A stretch of 64,000 nucleotides of DNA from Mobula hypostoma (Eukaryota). A program made the position numbers and the translations under genes. Positions 24,570-36,287 of this stretch are shown here, in pieces. The notes under the pieces were generated by a model. It did not search any database, was not told the DNA's origin, and worked only from the letters and a program-made list of their open reading frames with translations. The DNA is taken from assembly GCF_963921235.1 (NCBI RefSeq), contig NC_086097.1:2976001-3040000 (forward strand), in the 5' to 3' direction. Each line of letters begins with the position of its first letter. Position 1 is the stretch's first letter.

Positions 24570-25215
24570 AAGACCATGAGATATAGGAGCAGAACGAGGC
24601 CGTCTGTTCTGCCATTTCATCATGGCTGATCCAATTTACCTCTTGGTCCCAATCTCTTGCCTTCTCCCCATAACCTTCAAGCCCTGACCAATCACGAATC
24701 TATCAACCTGTGCCTTACATTTATATAAAGACCTGGCCTCCACAGCTGCCTGTGGCAACAAATTCCATAGATTCACCACTCTCTGGCTAAAGAAATTCCT
24801 CCTCGCCTCCACTCTAAAAGGACGCTCCTCTATTCTGAGGCCGTGTCCTCTGGTCTTAGACTCTCCCACCATAGGAAACATCCTCTCCACATCCACTCTA
24901 TCAAGGCCTTTCACTATTCGATAGGTATCAATGAAGTCGCCCCTGATTCCTCTGAATTCTGGCAAATACAGGCCGAGAGCCATTAAACGCTCTTCATATG
25001 ACAAGCCATTCAGTCCTGGAATCATTTTCGTGAACCTCCTTTGAAACCTCTCCAGTTTTAGCACATCCTTTTGAAAATGAGGGGTGCAAAATTTCTCACA
25101 ATGCTCCAAGTGAGGCCTCACCAGTTCTTTTATAAAGTCTGATCATTACGTCCTTACTTTAATATTTGAGTCTTCTTCAAAAGTGAATCCTACATTGCAT
25201 TTACCTTCTTTCCTG
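24570..25215 (-). mobile_element. CR1 LINE 3' part
   Basis: ORF 24636-25121 RPHLEHC...QRRFTKMIPG...QRVVNLWNLLP. Confidence 0.88.
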
Positions 25216-25239
25216 AAAGAAATCTCTGTAGCTGCTCTC

Positions 25240-25881
25240 TTAACTCAAAAACCCTGGCCAGGGCTCTCCCCCTTGATAGCCACCTGACTTCAGAGTGTAA
25301 GAGAAGTGTTTGTGCTCTGCATCCATTTCCTCGCAAAGCTGCTCAAAGAGACGTTTCTTAGCCTTAGTAATACGGCTAGCCACTAAGTACGATGCTCTCA
25401 GAGCAGCAGCATTTGTGGAGCTGGTGGCTGTCAGCACTTGCTTCTGTCCCGCTTGCTCACGTTTTTTCCGCTCAGAAAACTCAACGGGCTTGTCTTTAAG
25501 TGCAGGGTGCTTGGACTCAAGGGACCGAAGCAGTTTTGAGGGCTTCATTGTCTCATTAGACAGCTTGTCTCCACATATCACAACACAGGGGGCTTGGAGC
25601 GTGCGAGTCACCGGTCGCAATAAAGCCGTATTTTATGTACGACTCATCGTATTTTCTGTTGAATGAAGCTTTCTTTTTCTTTATAGTCTCGGCCTCAGCT
25701 GTCTCTGCATTATCATCATCGTTAGGCCTTTTATGTCCCCTACCATCTCTTCTAAAGAAACTCTCAAGTGATGTTTGTTTTTTACTCATCATACCGCCAA
25801 ATCATATCGTTTCCTCACGGCCAGATAGCACATGCTTTGCGGCCCGGTACTGGTCTGCGGCCCGGTGGTTGGGGACCACTG
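25240..25881 (-). mobile_element. hAT-Charlie/Buster DNA transposon remnant, internally deleted, one TIR visible
   Basis: TIR CAGTGGTCCCCAACC (25867-25881, minus); transposase N-terminus MSKKQTSLESFF...RKYDESYIKYGF...C..CGDKLSNETMKPSKLLR.L..KH (BED finger) joined to RLFEQLCEEMDAEH. Confidence 0.85.
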
Positions 25882-28800
25882 ACATATACTGCATGAATTC
25901 AAATACAGCACCTTCAGACCTATATTCACCCTTTTCAATTTTATCTACTTTTTATGTTGCAATTCATGCTGTTAACTGCAAGTTTGTCCTATCAATAGTC
26001 ACTCCTCTCTACACATTGCCTCTGTTTGTCTACCAGCTACATTGTCCTCAGCTCTTTTATCCAGCTTTTCTATGATGATACCTGGATTGATATGTATGCA
26101 CGGGGGACTTCCGGTAGCGCTCATGGAGTGAAGTCGCGTTCTTGACTTGCTCCATTACCTCTGAGTTTTTCTTCTTATGATCAGCTATATTTTAATTAAC
26201 CATTAAGGCATCAACTTTTACAATACTTTGAAACAAATTGGGCTCTTCGATAATTGGATGCGTTTAAGGTCTGCTATGTCTAAGAATGGAAAAAACGGGA
26301 AGGACGGCAAACCTCCGGTTAGACCGAAAGGTACCGATTTCCCTCCGACTGAACCACCGGTGACTTTGAAAGCTATATCGGAGCTAATTCGTGAGGAAAT
26401 TTCAACTAGTTTCCAGAAAATTGCCGATTCAATCGAGAAGATACAAATATCTATTACGGAACATCGGTCGGCTATATCTGATCTTCAAAAATCCACGCAA
26501 CAAAGTGAGCTCAAGATGGAGAAAATCGAAGAAACAATTAATGTAATGAAGAAGAAACTCGACTTTCTGACCTTTAAAAACTCTGACTTAGAATCCAGAA
26601 TGTGACGGCAGAATCTTCGAATGATTGGGGTGCGTGAAGCTGTTGAATCCGATTACCCTATGAAGTATTTTTCTCAACTTTTAAAAGATGCATTTCCTAC
26701 TGTATTTCCTGACCAACCACCGTTATTGGATCGTGTTCACAGAGTTCCATCATACTTGCCTAGGTCAGATAAACCTAGACATGTCATTTTACGTTTTCAT
26801 TACTTTCAAGACAAGGAGAAAGTGTTTCGTTTCGTTCGATCTAAAGGTTACATTGATTTTCTGGATCTTAAGTTCCGATTCGTGGAGGATTTCAGTAAAC
26901 CAATCCGGGATCAACGGGTTCGTTACAGATCTGTGATGTCGGAACTCTGCAAGATGGATTTAAAACCAGCGCTGCTTTACCCTGCACCTTTAAGGATTCT
27001 TACGCTGGATGGAGCCCTCCGTTTTTTGAATCTCCATCGGATGCCCAGAGTTATCTGGATCAATTTTCACCTTCAACATCTTAATCGTAATTTTTTAACT
27101 ATCTCCGTTGATCGGAGGTTGTGAATTTGTCGGTCTTAATTTTTTTTTGCCCTATATGGGCAGAAAAGTTTATTTTTGATTATTTAATATGGTTGCTAAA
27201 CTTTCTTTTTAACTGCGTCATTTCTTTCTTTTTCCCAGGGGATTCTGGGTGGTTATTTCCTCACCGTCATTTTACGTATTTCCTTTGTGGCCTTAAATTT
27301 TGTAGTTTTTTTAAATCTATTTTGTTTTGTAGGTTTTTATAACTAGTTTATGTTAATAATCTCATTTTTTTTGTTTTGTCTACTCATGGGTCTGGGGTTT
27401 ATTGCGTTTTTTAAAATATTTTCTGGCTTTTATTCTGTTATATTATGTGTTTATTTTAATTGAGTTATCTTTTTTTTATTCTTTTACTGTTTTATAATCA
27501 GCTGATCTTTTTTATATTTACACTTTTTTTAGGGAGCGTATACCGGAAGTCATGGGGGTAGTTTTAGTACTTGCTTCTTTCGGGCTGGTCTGCGTTAGAT
27601 TTAGCTTTGAGGCCATGGGGTGGGGGGTGGTGGGAGGGGCTTCACATTTTAGTTTTTTTCTTCTTGGGCTATGTACACTATTGAAGTATTGGTTGTGTTC
27701 TCCTTCCCGGTATCTCTTGTATGTTCTGTTCCCTTTCCGGGTTCGTGGGTCGAGCCTATCATCAATCCTCCTTGTTGCGGGTTGACTTTAGGGTTTATGG
27801 AGTCTATTATTAATTTTGTCTCCTAGAATACTAATGGTCTTAATCATTCTATTAAAATGAAAAAAATTTTTAAAGTGTTCCGGAGACCTAAAGCACAAAT
27901 TTTATTTTTACAAGAGACCCATGTGCGGAGGGGGGACAGACTACGTTTTTTTAAATTCTGGAAGGTAAAACAGTTTCATTCGAACTCCAATGCTAAGATT
28001 CGAGGCGTCTCTATTTTTATAGACTCCTCAATTACTTTTATACAACATGATATTATTTCTGATCCAAATGGTAGATTTCTATTGGTTAGTGGTCTACTAT
28101 TTAATAAAAAGGTAGTTTTGGTTAATGTCTATGCTCCTAATATGGACTGTCCGGAATTTTATAAATCATTATTTAATCAGTTCCCGAATTTGAATGAGTT
28201 TTCATTGATCTGGGGCGGAGATCTTAATACCTGTTTGTCTCCAGCTTTGGACCGTTCGGCTCCTCTACGGACCTGACCTAATAAATCTGCAACTTTGATT
28301 AATTCATTCCTCTCTGATTCTGGGTCGATGGACATTTGGCGTTTTTTGCATCCTCAGGAAAAAGATTTTTCTTTTTTTTCACATGTTCACCATTCCTATT
28401 CAAGAATTGATTATTTCTTTATTGATTCTCGTCTTATTTCTTCAGTGATTAAATGTGATTATGACTCTGTAACCATTTTGGATCATGCTTCACTTAAGCT
28501 TTCTATTAAAATTCTGGCCAATACACAAAATAATAGACAATGGCGTTTTAATTCGCTGTTGCTTCAGGACTCGGATTTTGTTAACTTTATGAATGAACGG
28601 ATTGATCTTTTTTGTACAATTAACTATACAGAGGATATTTCTGTGAACATTCTTTGGGATACTTTTAAAGCTTATATTCGTGGTCAGATTATCTCGTATT
28701 CTGCTGCTTTGAGGAAGAAGCTGAAGCAGGAGGAGTTGGTAATTGTGGACAAGATTAGGGAAATTGATAAGAAATATGTTATAGCTCCTTCTGAGGAGTT

Positions 28801-29797
28801 ATATAAACAAAGAACTGAACTTCAAATGGAACACAGTTTATTACTTTCGTCCTCGATTGTAAACCAATTAAAGAAAACAAGAAGTGAATTTTATGTACAC
28901 AGTGACAAAATTGGCAAACTGTTGGCTAATCAACTGAAGTCTACTTATGCTAAATCTCAAATTAATCAGATTTATAACCAAAATGACCGACTGATGCTTG
29001 ATCATGTGGGGATTAATCAAACCTTCTGTGATTTTTATTCTTCCTTATATCAATCAGAGTCTCCTTGAGATTCTAAATATATGAATGATTTTTTAGATAA
29101 TCTAGACTTCCCTGAGATTTCACAGGATATGTCTTCTATGTTAGATACTCCCATTACCACAGATGAGATTAAGAATGTTATTTTCTCTATGAATTTGGGG
29201 AAAGCTCCTGGCCCTGATGGGTTTACTGTAGAATTTTATAAATGTTTTGCTCCTTCATTAATCCCTTGGTTCTGTAGGGTTTTCGAGGCTTCATTAAAAC
29301 TTGGTAAACTTCCTGAATCTTTCAATAGAGCGTCAATTTCTCTAATATTAAAGAAGGATAAAGATCCTGCTCAATGTGCATCTTATAGACCAGTATCTTT
29401 ATTAAATGTTGATTCTAAAGTTTTTTCTAAGTTACTAACAAATAGATTAGAAAAAGTACTTCCTTCTATTATTTCGGAAGACCAAACAGGTTTTATTAAA
29501 GGTCGTTATGTGGCGACCCACTTTCTGGCATCCACGAACCGGCTCACGAAACAGCGCGCGCAGGCAGAGGGCCGGCAGCAAAAAGGGCGCCAGGCCATCT
29601 TCACCAGCAGGGGGAAAATCCCGCACGCAGAAAGGGTCTGGGAATATGCATTCCCCACAGTAGTCCCGCCCAGGGAGGGCGGGAACGGGAGGGCTTTAAA
29701 GCGGGCCGCGAAGTTTGAATAAATCTCTTTCATCGCAACTCTAACTCACCGACTCCGTGTGGTTATTCTAGCGCTGTGTGTAGCACATCGCTACAAT

Positions 29798-29811
29798 TGG
29801 TGACCCCGACG
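29798..29811 (+). promoter_or_regulatory. Primer-binding site complementary to the tRNA-Trp 3' end (also 44792-44805 on the minus strand)
   Basis: TGGTGACCCCGACG lies 2 nt after the 5' LTR and is complementary to ...CGUCGGGGUCACCA of vertebrate tRNA-Trp. Confidence 0.85.
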
Positions 29812-30447
29812 GCCCAAACGATATTTGGACCAGAGATGACCGACGCTGCATCTGTTCACGCAGTTTCGTTAAAACTGCCAAGCTTCTGGATGCTGCGACC
29901 CCATTTATGGTTCGAACAAGCAGAAGCACAATTCCACATTCAGCAGATAACCTCGGAGTCCACTCGCTACTACTACGTGCTGAGCTCCCTCGACCAGGAG
30001 ACTGCTACACAAGTTGAGGAGTTTATACAGTCACCCCCGGAGGACGGCAAATACACAGCATTCAAAGCCCTGCTCATAAGGACTTTCGGACTCGCACGGC
30101 GCGAATGAGCACGCCGCTTAATGCACCTGGATGGTTTGGGAGACAGGCCGCCGTCAGCATTAATGAACGAGATGCTGGCCCTGGCTGAAGGACACAAACC
30201 CTGCCTCATGTTTGAGCAGGCGTTCCTAGAGCAACTGCCCGAGGACATATGCCTGCTGCTGTCCGATGCAGATTTCAGCAACCCCCGGGAGGTGGCGGCC
30301 CGAGCAGATGTGCTGTGGAATGCCAGGAAAGAGAGAGGGGCATCCGTCGCACAGATCATCAAGCCGTGAGCCCAACAAACAATGGTGTTTCTACCACCAG
30401 CGGTGGGGCACGGAGGCCCGCCGCTGCAGACCGCCCTGCAAATTCCC

Positions 30448-30498
30448 GGGAAACGCCAGGGCCAGCCGTTGCTGATGGCTATGGCGGCTGGCCATCAG
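30448..30498 (+). promoter_or_regulatory. -1 programmed ribosomal frameshift signal (gag/pol)
   Basis: G GGA AAC in the gag frame, 7-nt spacer, stem 1 ccagccg/cggctgg, stem 2 ctgatgg/ccatcag; pol is in the -1 frame. Confidence 0.8.
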
Positions 30499-33400
30499 GA
30501 CAGCCTCCTGTACGTCTGGGACAAGCAGTCGGGACGCCGCTTTTTGGTCGACACCGAAGCGGAGATCAGCATCTGACCTCCAACGAGTTACGACACCCGC
30601 AACAGAGAACCGGGACCCACCCTGAGGGCCACTAATGGCAGCACAATACGAACCTACGGCACCTGCACGGTGCGGCTACAGTTCAGCTCCAGCCGGTTCA
30701 CGTGGGACTTCACACTGGCCGCCGTGGCCCAACCACTGCTGGGGGCAGATTTTCTATGAGCCCACAGCCTGCTGGTCGACTTGCAAGGGAAGCGATTAGT
30801 CCACGCCAAGACTTTTCAAACGTTCTCCCTGGGTGAAGCACAGTTGCCAGCCCCACACCTGGATTCCATCACGCTGTCCGACGACGAATTCACCAGGGTC
30901 CTGGCAGATTTCCCATCAGTACTGACACCGCAGTTCACGGCAGCCATGCCCAGACACGGAGTACAGCACCACATCCCGACCCAGGGACCACCCCTCCACG
31001 CCCGTGCTTGAAGGCTTCCCCCGGACAAGCTCCGACTGGCGAAGGAGGAGTTCAAGAAGATGGAGGAATTGGGGATCATATGACGGTCCGACAGCCCATG
31101 GGCCTCCCCCCTTCACATGGTGCCCAAGGCAACGGGGGGCTGGAGACCATGCGGTGACTACCGCAGACTGAACGAGGCTACAACGCCAGACCGCTACCCT
31201 GTGCCGCACATTCAAGACTTCGCAGCAAACCTACACGGTGCAAGGATCTTTTCCAAGGTAGACCTCGTCCGGGGATACCATCAAATCCCTGTACATCCGG
31301 ACGACATCCCCAAAACAGCACTTATCACCCCGTTCGGACTTTTCGAATTCCTCCGAATGCTGTTTGGTCTAAAGAATGCCGCACAGACTTTCCAGCGGCT
31401 AATGGACGCGGTGGGACACGACCTGGACTTTGCATTCATCTATTTGGACGACATCCTCATAGCCAGCAGTAGTCGGTAGGAGCATCTGTCCCACCTCCGC
31501 CAGCTCTACTCCCGCCTGAGTGAATTCGGCCTTACAATCAATCCAGCCAAATGCCAGTTCGGACTCGACACCATCGACTTCCTGGGCCACAGGATTACTA
31601 AAGACGGGGCAACCCCGCTGCCCGCCAAGGTAGACGTGGTCCGCCACTTCCCCCGACCCAACACAATCAAAGGCTTGCAGGAATTCGTGGATATGGTGAA
31701 TTTCTACCACCGTTTCCTCCCCTCAGCAGCCCGAACCATGTGCCCCTTGTTCACTCTAATGTCGGGTAAGGGCAAGGATACTACCTGGAACGAAGAGGCC
31801 GCAACCGCTTTCGTTAAAACCAAAGAAGCCTTGGCAAACGCCGCGATGCTAGTGCACCCCAGAACGGACGTTCCTACTGCCCTCACGGTGGACGCATCCA
31901 ACACAGCAGTCGGTGGAGTGCTGGAACAACTCATCGAGGGTCGCTGGCAACCCCTGGCGTTCTTCAGCAAACACCTACAACCACCAGAACTCAAATACAG
32001 TGCTTTTGACCGGGAGCTATTGGCACTATACCTGGCAATCCGGCATTTCAGGTACTTCTTAGAAGGTAGGCCCTTCACCGCGTTCACAGACCACAAACCG
32101 CTTACCTTTGCGTTCACTAAGGTGTCCGACCCCTGGTCGTCCTGCCAGCAGCGACATCTGTCCTACATCTCCGAGTACACGACGGACACCCGGCATGTCT
32201 CTGGAAAGAACAATGTCGTGGCGGACGCACTTTCCAGACCTACCATACAGGCCCTGTCCCAGGGGGTGGACTATGCAGCGCTGGCAGAGGCACAGCAGGC
32301 AGACGCTGAGATCTCCAGTTACAGGACTGCAGTCTCCGGTTTGCAGCTCCAAGACCTCCCCGTAGGCCCAGGTGAGAGGACCCTACTATGTGACGTAGCT
32401 ACTGGCCAACCCCGCCCCGTCGTCCCAGCAGCCTGGCGCCGGCGGGTGTTCGAATCCATTCACAACTTAGCGCACCCCTCCATCAGGACAACTGTCCGGC
32501 TGGTCTCCCAACAGGTTCGTGTGGCATGGACTGCGTAAACAGGTCAGTGAATGGGCCAAAACGTGCATGCAGTGCCAAACGGCCAAGGTGCAGCGGCACA
32601 CCAAGGCTCCACCGCAGCAGTTCGAACCCACCCGCCGGAGGTTCGACCACATCCATGTGGATATTGTGGGGCCCCTGCCAGTGTCACGAGGAGCGCGGTA
32701 CCTCCTAACTGTGATAGACCGGTTCACCAGATGGCCAGAGGCAGTCCCGCTCAGCGACACCACCTCCGAATCCTGCGCCCGAGCACTGATCGCAACCTGG
32801 GTAGCACGCTTTGGGGTACCGGCCCACATTACCTCCGACAGGGGCGCCCAGTTCACCTCCAGCCTGTGGTCGGCTATGACCAGCCTTTTAGGAACACAGC
32901 TACACCACACAACTGCCTACCACCCACAGTCGAACGGACTAGTGGAGCGTTTCCACCGTCACCTGAAATCGGCTCTCATAGCCCACCTGGAGGGGCCTAA
33001 CTGGGTGGACGAACTTCCCTGGGTCCTGCTCGGAATCCGCACGGCGCCCAAAGAGGATCTACACACCTCGTCGGCCGAGTTGGTGTATGGCGCGCCCCTG
33101 GTCGTCCCAGGAGAGTTCATACCAGCCCCAAGGGGGCAAGAGGAAGAACCCACAGCAGTCCTGGACAGACTACGGGAGAGGCTCGGTAACCTGGCCCCCA
33201 TCCCCACTTCACAGCATGGACAGAGCCCGACCTGCGTACCCAAAGACCTGCAGAACTGTAAGTTTCTTTTTGTACGACGGGGCGGACACCGGGCACGCTA
33301 CAGCGGCCCTACGAGGGGCCGTTTAAGGTGATCAGGAACAACGGGTCCACATTCGTGCTGGACATTGGGGGGAGAGAGGAGGTTTTCACGGTGGACCGAC

Positions 33401-36287
33401 TCAAACCGGCCCATGTGGACTTGGCGCAACCAGTCCAGGCTCAGGCACCGCGGCGCAGGGGCAGACCTCCCAAACAGAGGCCGATCCAGACTGTGGACAT
33501 TGGGGGAGGTATCGCCGGTTCTGGGGGGGGGGGTTATGTGGCGACCCACTTTCTGGCACCCACGAACCGGCTCACGAAACAGCGCACGCAGGCAGAGGGC
33601 CGGCAGCAAAAAGGGCGCCAGGCCATCTTCACCAGCAGGGGGAAAATCCCGTGCGCAGAAAGGGTCTGGGAATATGCATTCCCCACAGTAGTCCCGCCCG
33701 GGGAGGGCGGGAACGGGAAGGCTTTAAAGCGGGCCGCGAAGTTTGAATAAATCTCTTTCTTCGCAACTCTAACTCACCGACTCCGTGTGGTTATTCTAGC
33801 GCTGTGTGTAGCACATCGCTACAGTTACTCTTTTTATAATATTCGCACACTGTTAAATATTGTTTATACTCCCTCACAAAATATTCCTGAGTGTGTTATC
33901 TCTTTAGATGCTGAGAAAGCTTTTGATAGAGTAGAATGGCCTTATTTATTTAAGGTGCTTGAAATGTTTAATTTTAGCTCGAAAGTTATATCCTGGATTA
34001 AACTGTTATATCATTCTGTGGCCTCGGTCCGTACTAACTCTTTAAGTTCACCTTTTTTCCCTCTTTTTCGAGGTACTCGACAAGGTTGTCCTCTTAGTCC
34101 TTTATTATTTGATATTGCATTAGAACCTCTTGCAATTGCCATTTGAGAATCTCCAAATATTACTGGGATAACTCGGGGCTTAAAGTCCCATAAAATATCA
34201 CTCTATGCTGATGACTTACTTTTATATATTTCTAATCCCCAAAAATCCATCCCGGCTGTTTTAGAGCTATTAGCACAATTTGGTCTTTTGTCAGGTTATA
34301 AATTAAATCTTAGTAAGAGTGAACTTTTCCCGATTAATAAACAACTTCCCTTATATCATAACTTTCCATTTAAATTGATTAATAATTATTTTTCATATCT
34401 TGGGATTAAAATTACTTGTAAATACAAAGATTTATTTAAGATTAACTTTTTACCATTAATAGACCATATTATTCAACTTTCATCTAAATGGTTTCCTTTA
34501 TATTTAACTTTGATTGGTCGTATTAATGCAGTTAAGATGTTTTTTTTGCCAAAATTTTTATATATATTTGAGGCATTACCAATCTTTGTTCCAAAATCTT
34601 TTTTTGACAAAGTCGACTCTAAAATTTCTTCATTTATTTGGCAAAATAAAAACCCGAGACTGGGTAAAATACATTTACAGAAAGCTAAGAGAGATGGAGG
34701 CTTAGCATTACCTAACTTTAGATTTTATTATTGGGCAATTAATATTCGACATATGAAATTCTGTTTACTTGACCAGGATATACTATCCATTCCTAAATGG
34801 GTAGCATTGGAATTACAATCTGTTCAGGGTTATACACTTGGCTCTATTTTAGGTTCCTCTCTTCCTTTTGATTTGAAACGCCTTAAACAGGTGTCTAACC
34901 CGATAGTTAAATATACCTTACGTATTTGGTTTCAATTCAGAAAATTTTTTGATCTTAATCAATTTGGGTTAGCGATTCCTATTTTAGGTAACATTTTTTC
35001 CTCCCTCTTTTACGGATCGTGCTTTTCAAATTTGGAAGACTAAGGGTATTTCACGGTTTTTGGATTTATTTTTAGATGGTTCCCTTATGTCTTTCGAACA
35101 ATTATCTAATAAATATAACTTATCAAGAATACATTTTTTTAGATATCTACAAGTTAGAAATTTTCTAAGTACTATACTTTCTTCCCTTCCAATGCTTCCT
35201 CCTACATACATTTTAGATACTATAATTAACCTTAATCCATGTCAGAAAGGTGCATCGGCTATGATTTATAATATTATTATGAAACTTAGGAAAGCTCCAT
35301 TTGATAAGGTTAGGGTAGACTGGGAACAGGAATTGGGATTTATCATTTCCGTGGATGACTGGGGGCAGATTTTACGATTAGTCAATACTTCCTCTATCTG
35401 TGCTAAACATTCCCTAATTCAATTTAAAGTTGTTCATAGAGCACATATGTCCAAAGATAAATTAGCGCGCTTTTATTCTCATATTAACCCTTTTTGTGAT
35501 AGATGTCCGGGGCAGATAGCCTCTTTAACTCATATGTTTCGGTCTTGCCCTACTCTGGAAACTTTTTGGAGAGACATTTTTAATATTATCTCCAAGGTAC
35601 TGAATATAGATATCTCTCCTCACCCTATTACTGCTATCTTTGGACTACCTAAAATTTCCAGTAATCTTTCCCCTTCAGCCCGTAGAATGATTGCATTTCT
35701 TACTTTAATGGCGAAAAGATGTATCTTACAACATTGGAAAGAGCTCAATGCTCCAACTACCTTTTTTTGGTTTTCTCAGACGATATTATGCTTGAATTTG
35801 GAGAAAATTAGAAGCAATCTTTATGACTCCTCATTTAAATTTGAACAGACCTGGAGATCTTTTATTCAATATTTTCATTTAATGTAATATATACCCGTCT
35901 TGTTTTTTTTACTGTTTTTAATGGAGGTCGGGATTGAGGACGTGATTTTAAGTTTTTTAACTCTGTTTGGTTTCAAGTTAGCCCATTGCTTTGCTTTGCT
36001 TTTAGTTAGTTGCACGGTGGGTTTTTTTTTTGGGGTTTTTTTTTCCTTTTCTCTATTGATATATATATAAAAAATAGTATACTATTATGTTACCTTGGTA
36101 CGTTATGTTTAAATTACATTGTTTGTAGTATTTTTTTTGTATTAATATCTTCTGTAATTTTATTATATTCTAACAGTGTATTAGTGCCTATATGGCTTAC
36201 CTTTTTGTATACTTATTCAATAAAAAGATTTAAAAAGAAAGAAAGATATGTATGCACATGGTGTGTTCATCCTTTTGAATCTAAACA

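Larger units (their letters stand above)
29509..33823 (+). mobile_element. Complete Ty3/Gypsy LTR retrotransposon (gag-PR-RT-RH-IN), defective, nested in L1 ORF2
   Basis: LTRs 29509-29795 and 33537-33823 (287 bp, TG...CA, about 7 mismatches by eye); TSD GTTA; PBS at 29798-29811; G11 PPT at 33523-33533; YLDD, TVDAS, HVDIVGP, TSDRG, NGLVER motifs; removing it restores the L1 reading FIKGRYSFYNIR. Confidence 0.97.
26102..36244 (+). mobile_element. Full-length L1-clade LINE (5' UTR, ORF1, long T-rich spacer, ORF2 APE-RT, A-rich tail); inactivated and interrupted by a Gypsy
   Basis: 13-bp TSD gatatgtatgcac at 26089-26101 and 36245-36257; ORF1 LESRM*RQNLRMIGV...LDRVHRV...PRHVILRFHYFQDKE; ORF2 FLQETH, NVYAPN, GGDLN, SRIDYFF, KAPGPDGF, SLDAEKAFDRVEW, GTRQGCPLSPLLF, LYADD; AATAAA near 36219. 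Confidence 0.93.

Noticed and set aside
25240..25881. Domesticated ZBED/Buster gene
   Set aside because: Frameshifted, heavily internally deleted and still attached to its TIR: a transposon remnant.
29081..29722. Apparent chimeric L1-RT/LTR protein (213 aa)
   Set aside because: Chance in-frame junction created by Gypsy insertion at GTTA. The upstream L1 ORF2 already has stops.
29776..33750. Functional or domesticated Gypsy (PEG10-like gene) or endogenous retrovirus
   Set aside because: Multiple stops and frameshifts, a mutated protease motif, no env, and LTRs and TSD still present.
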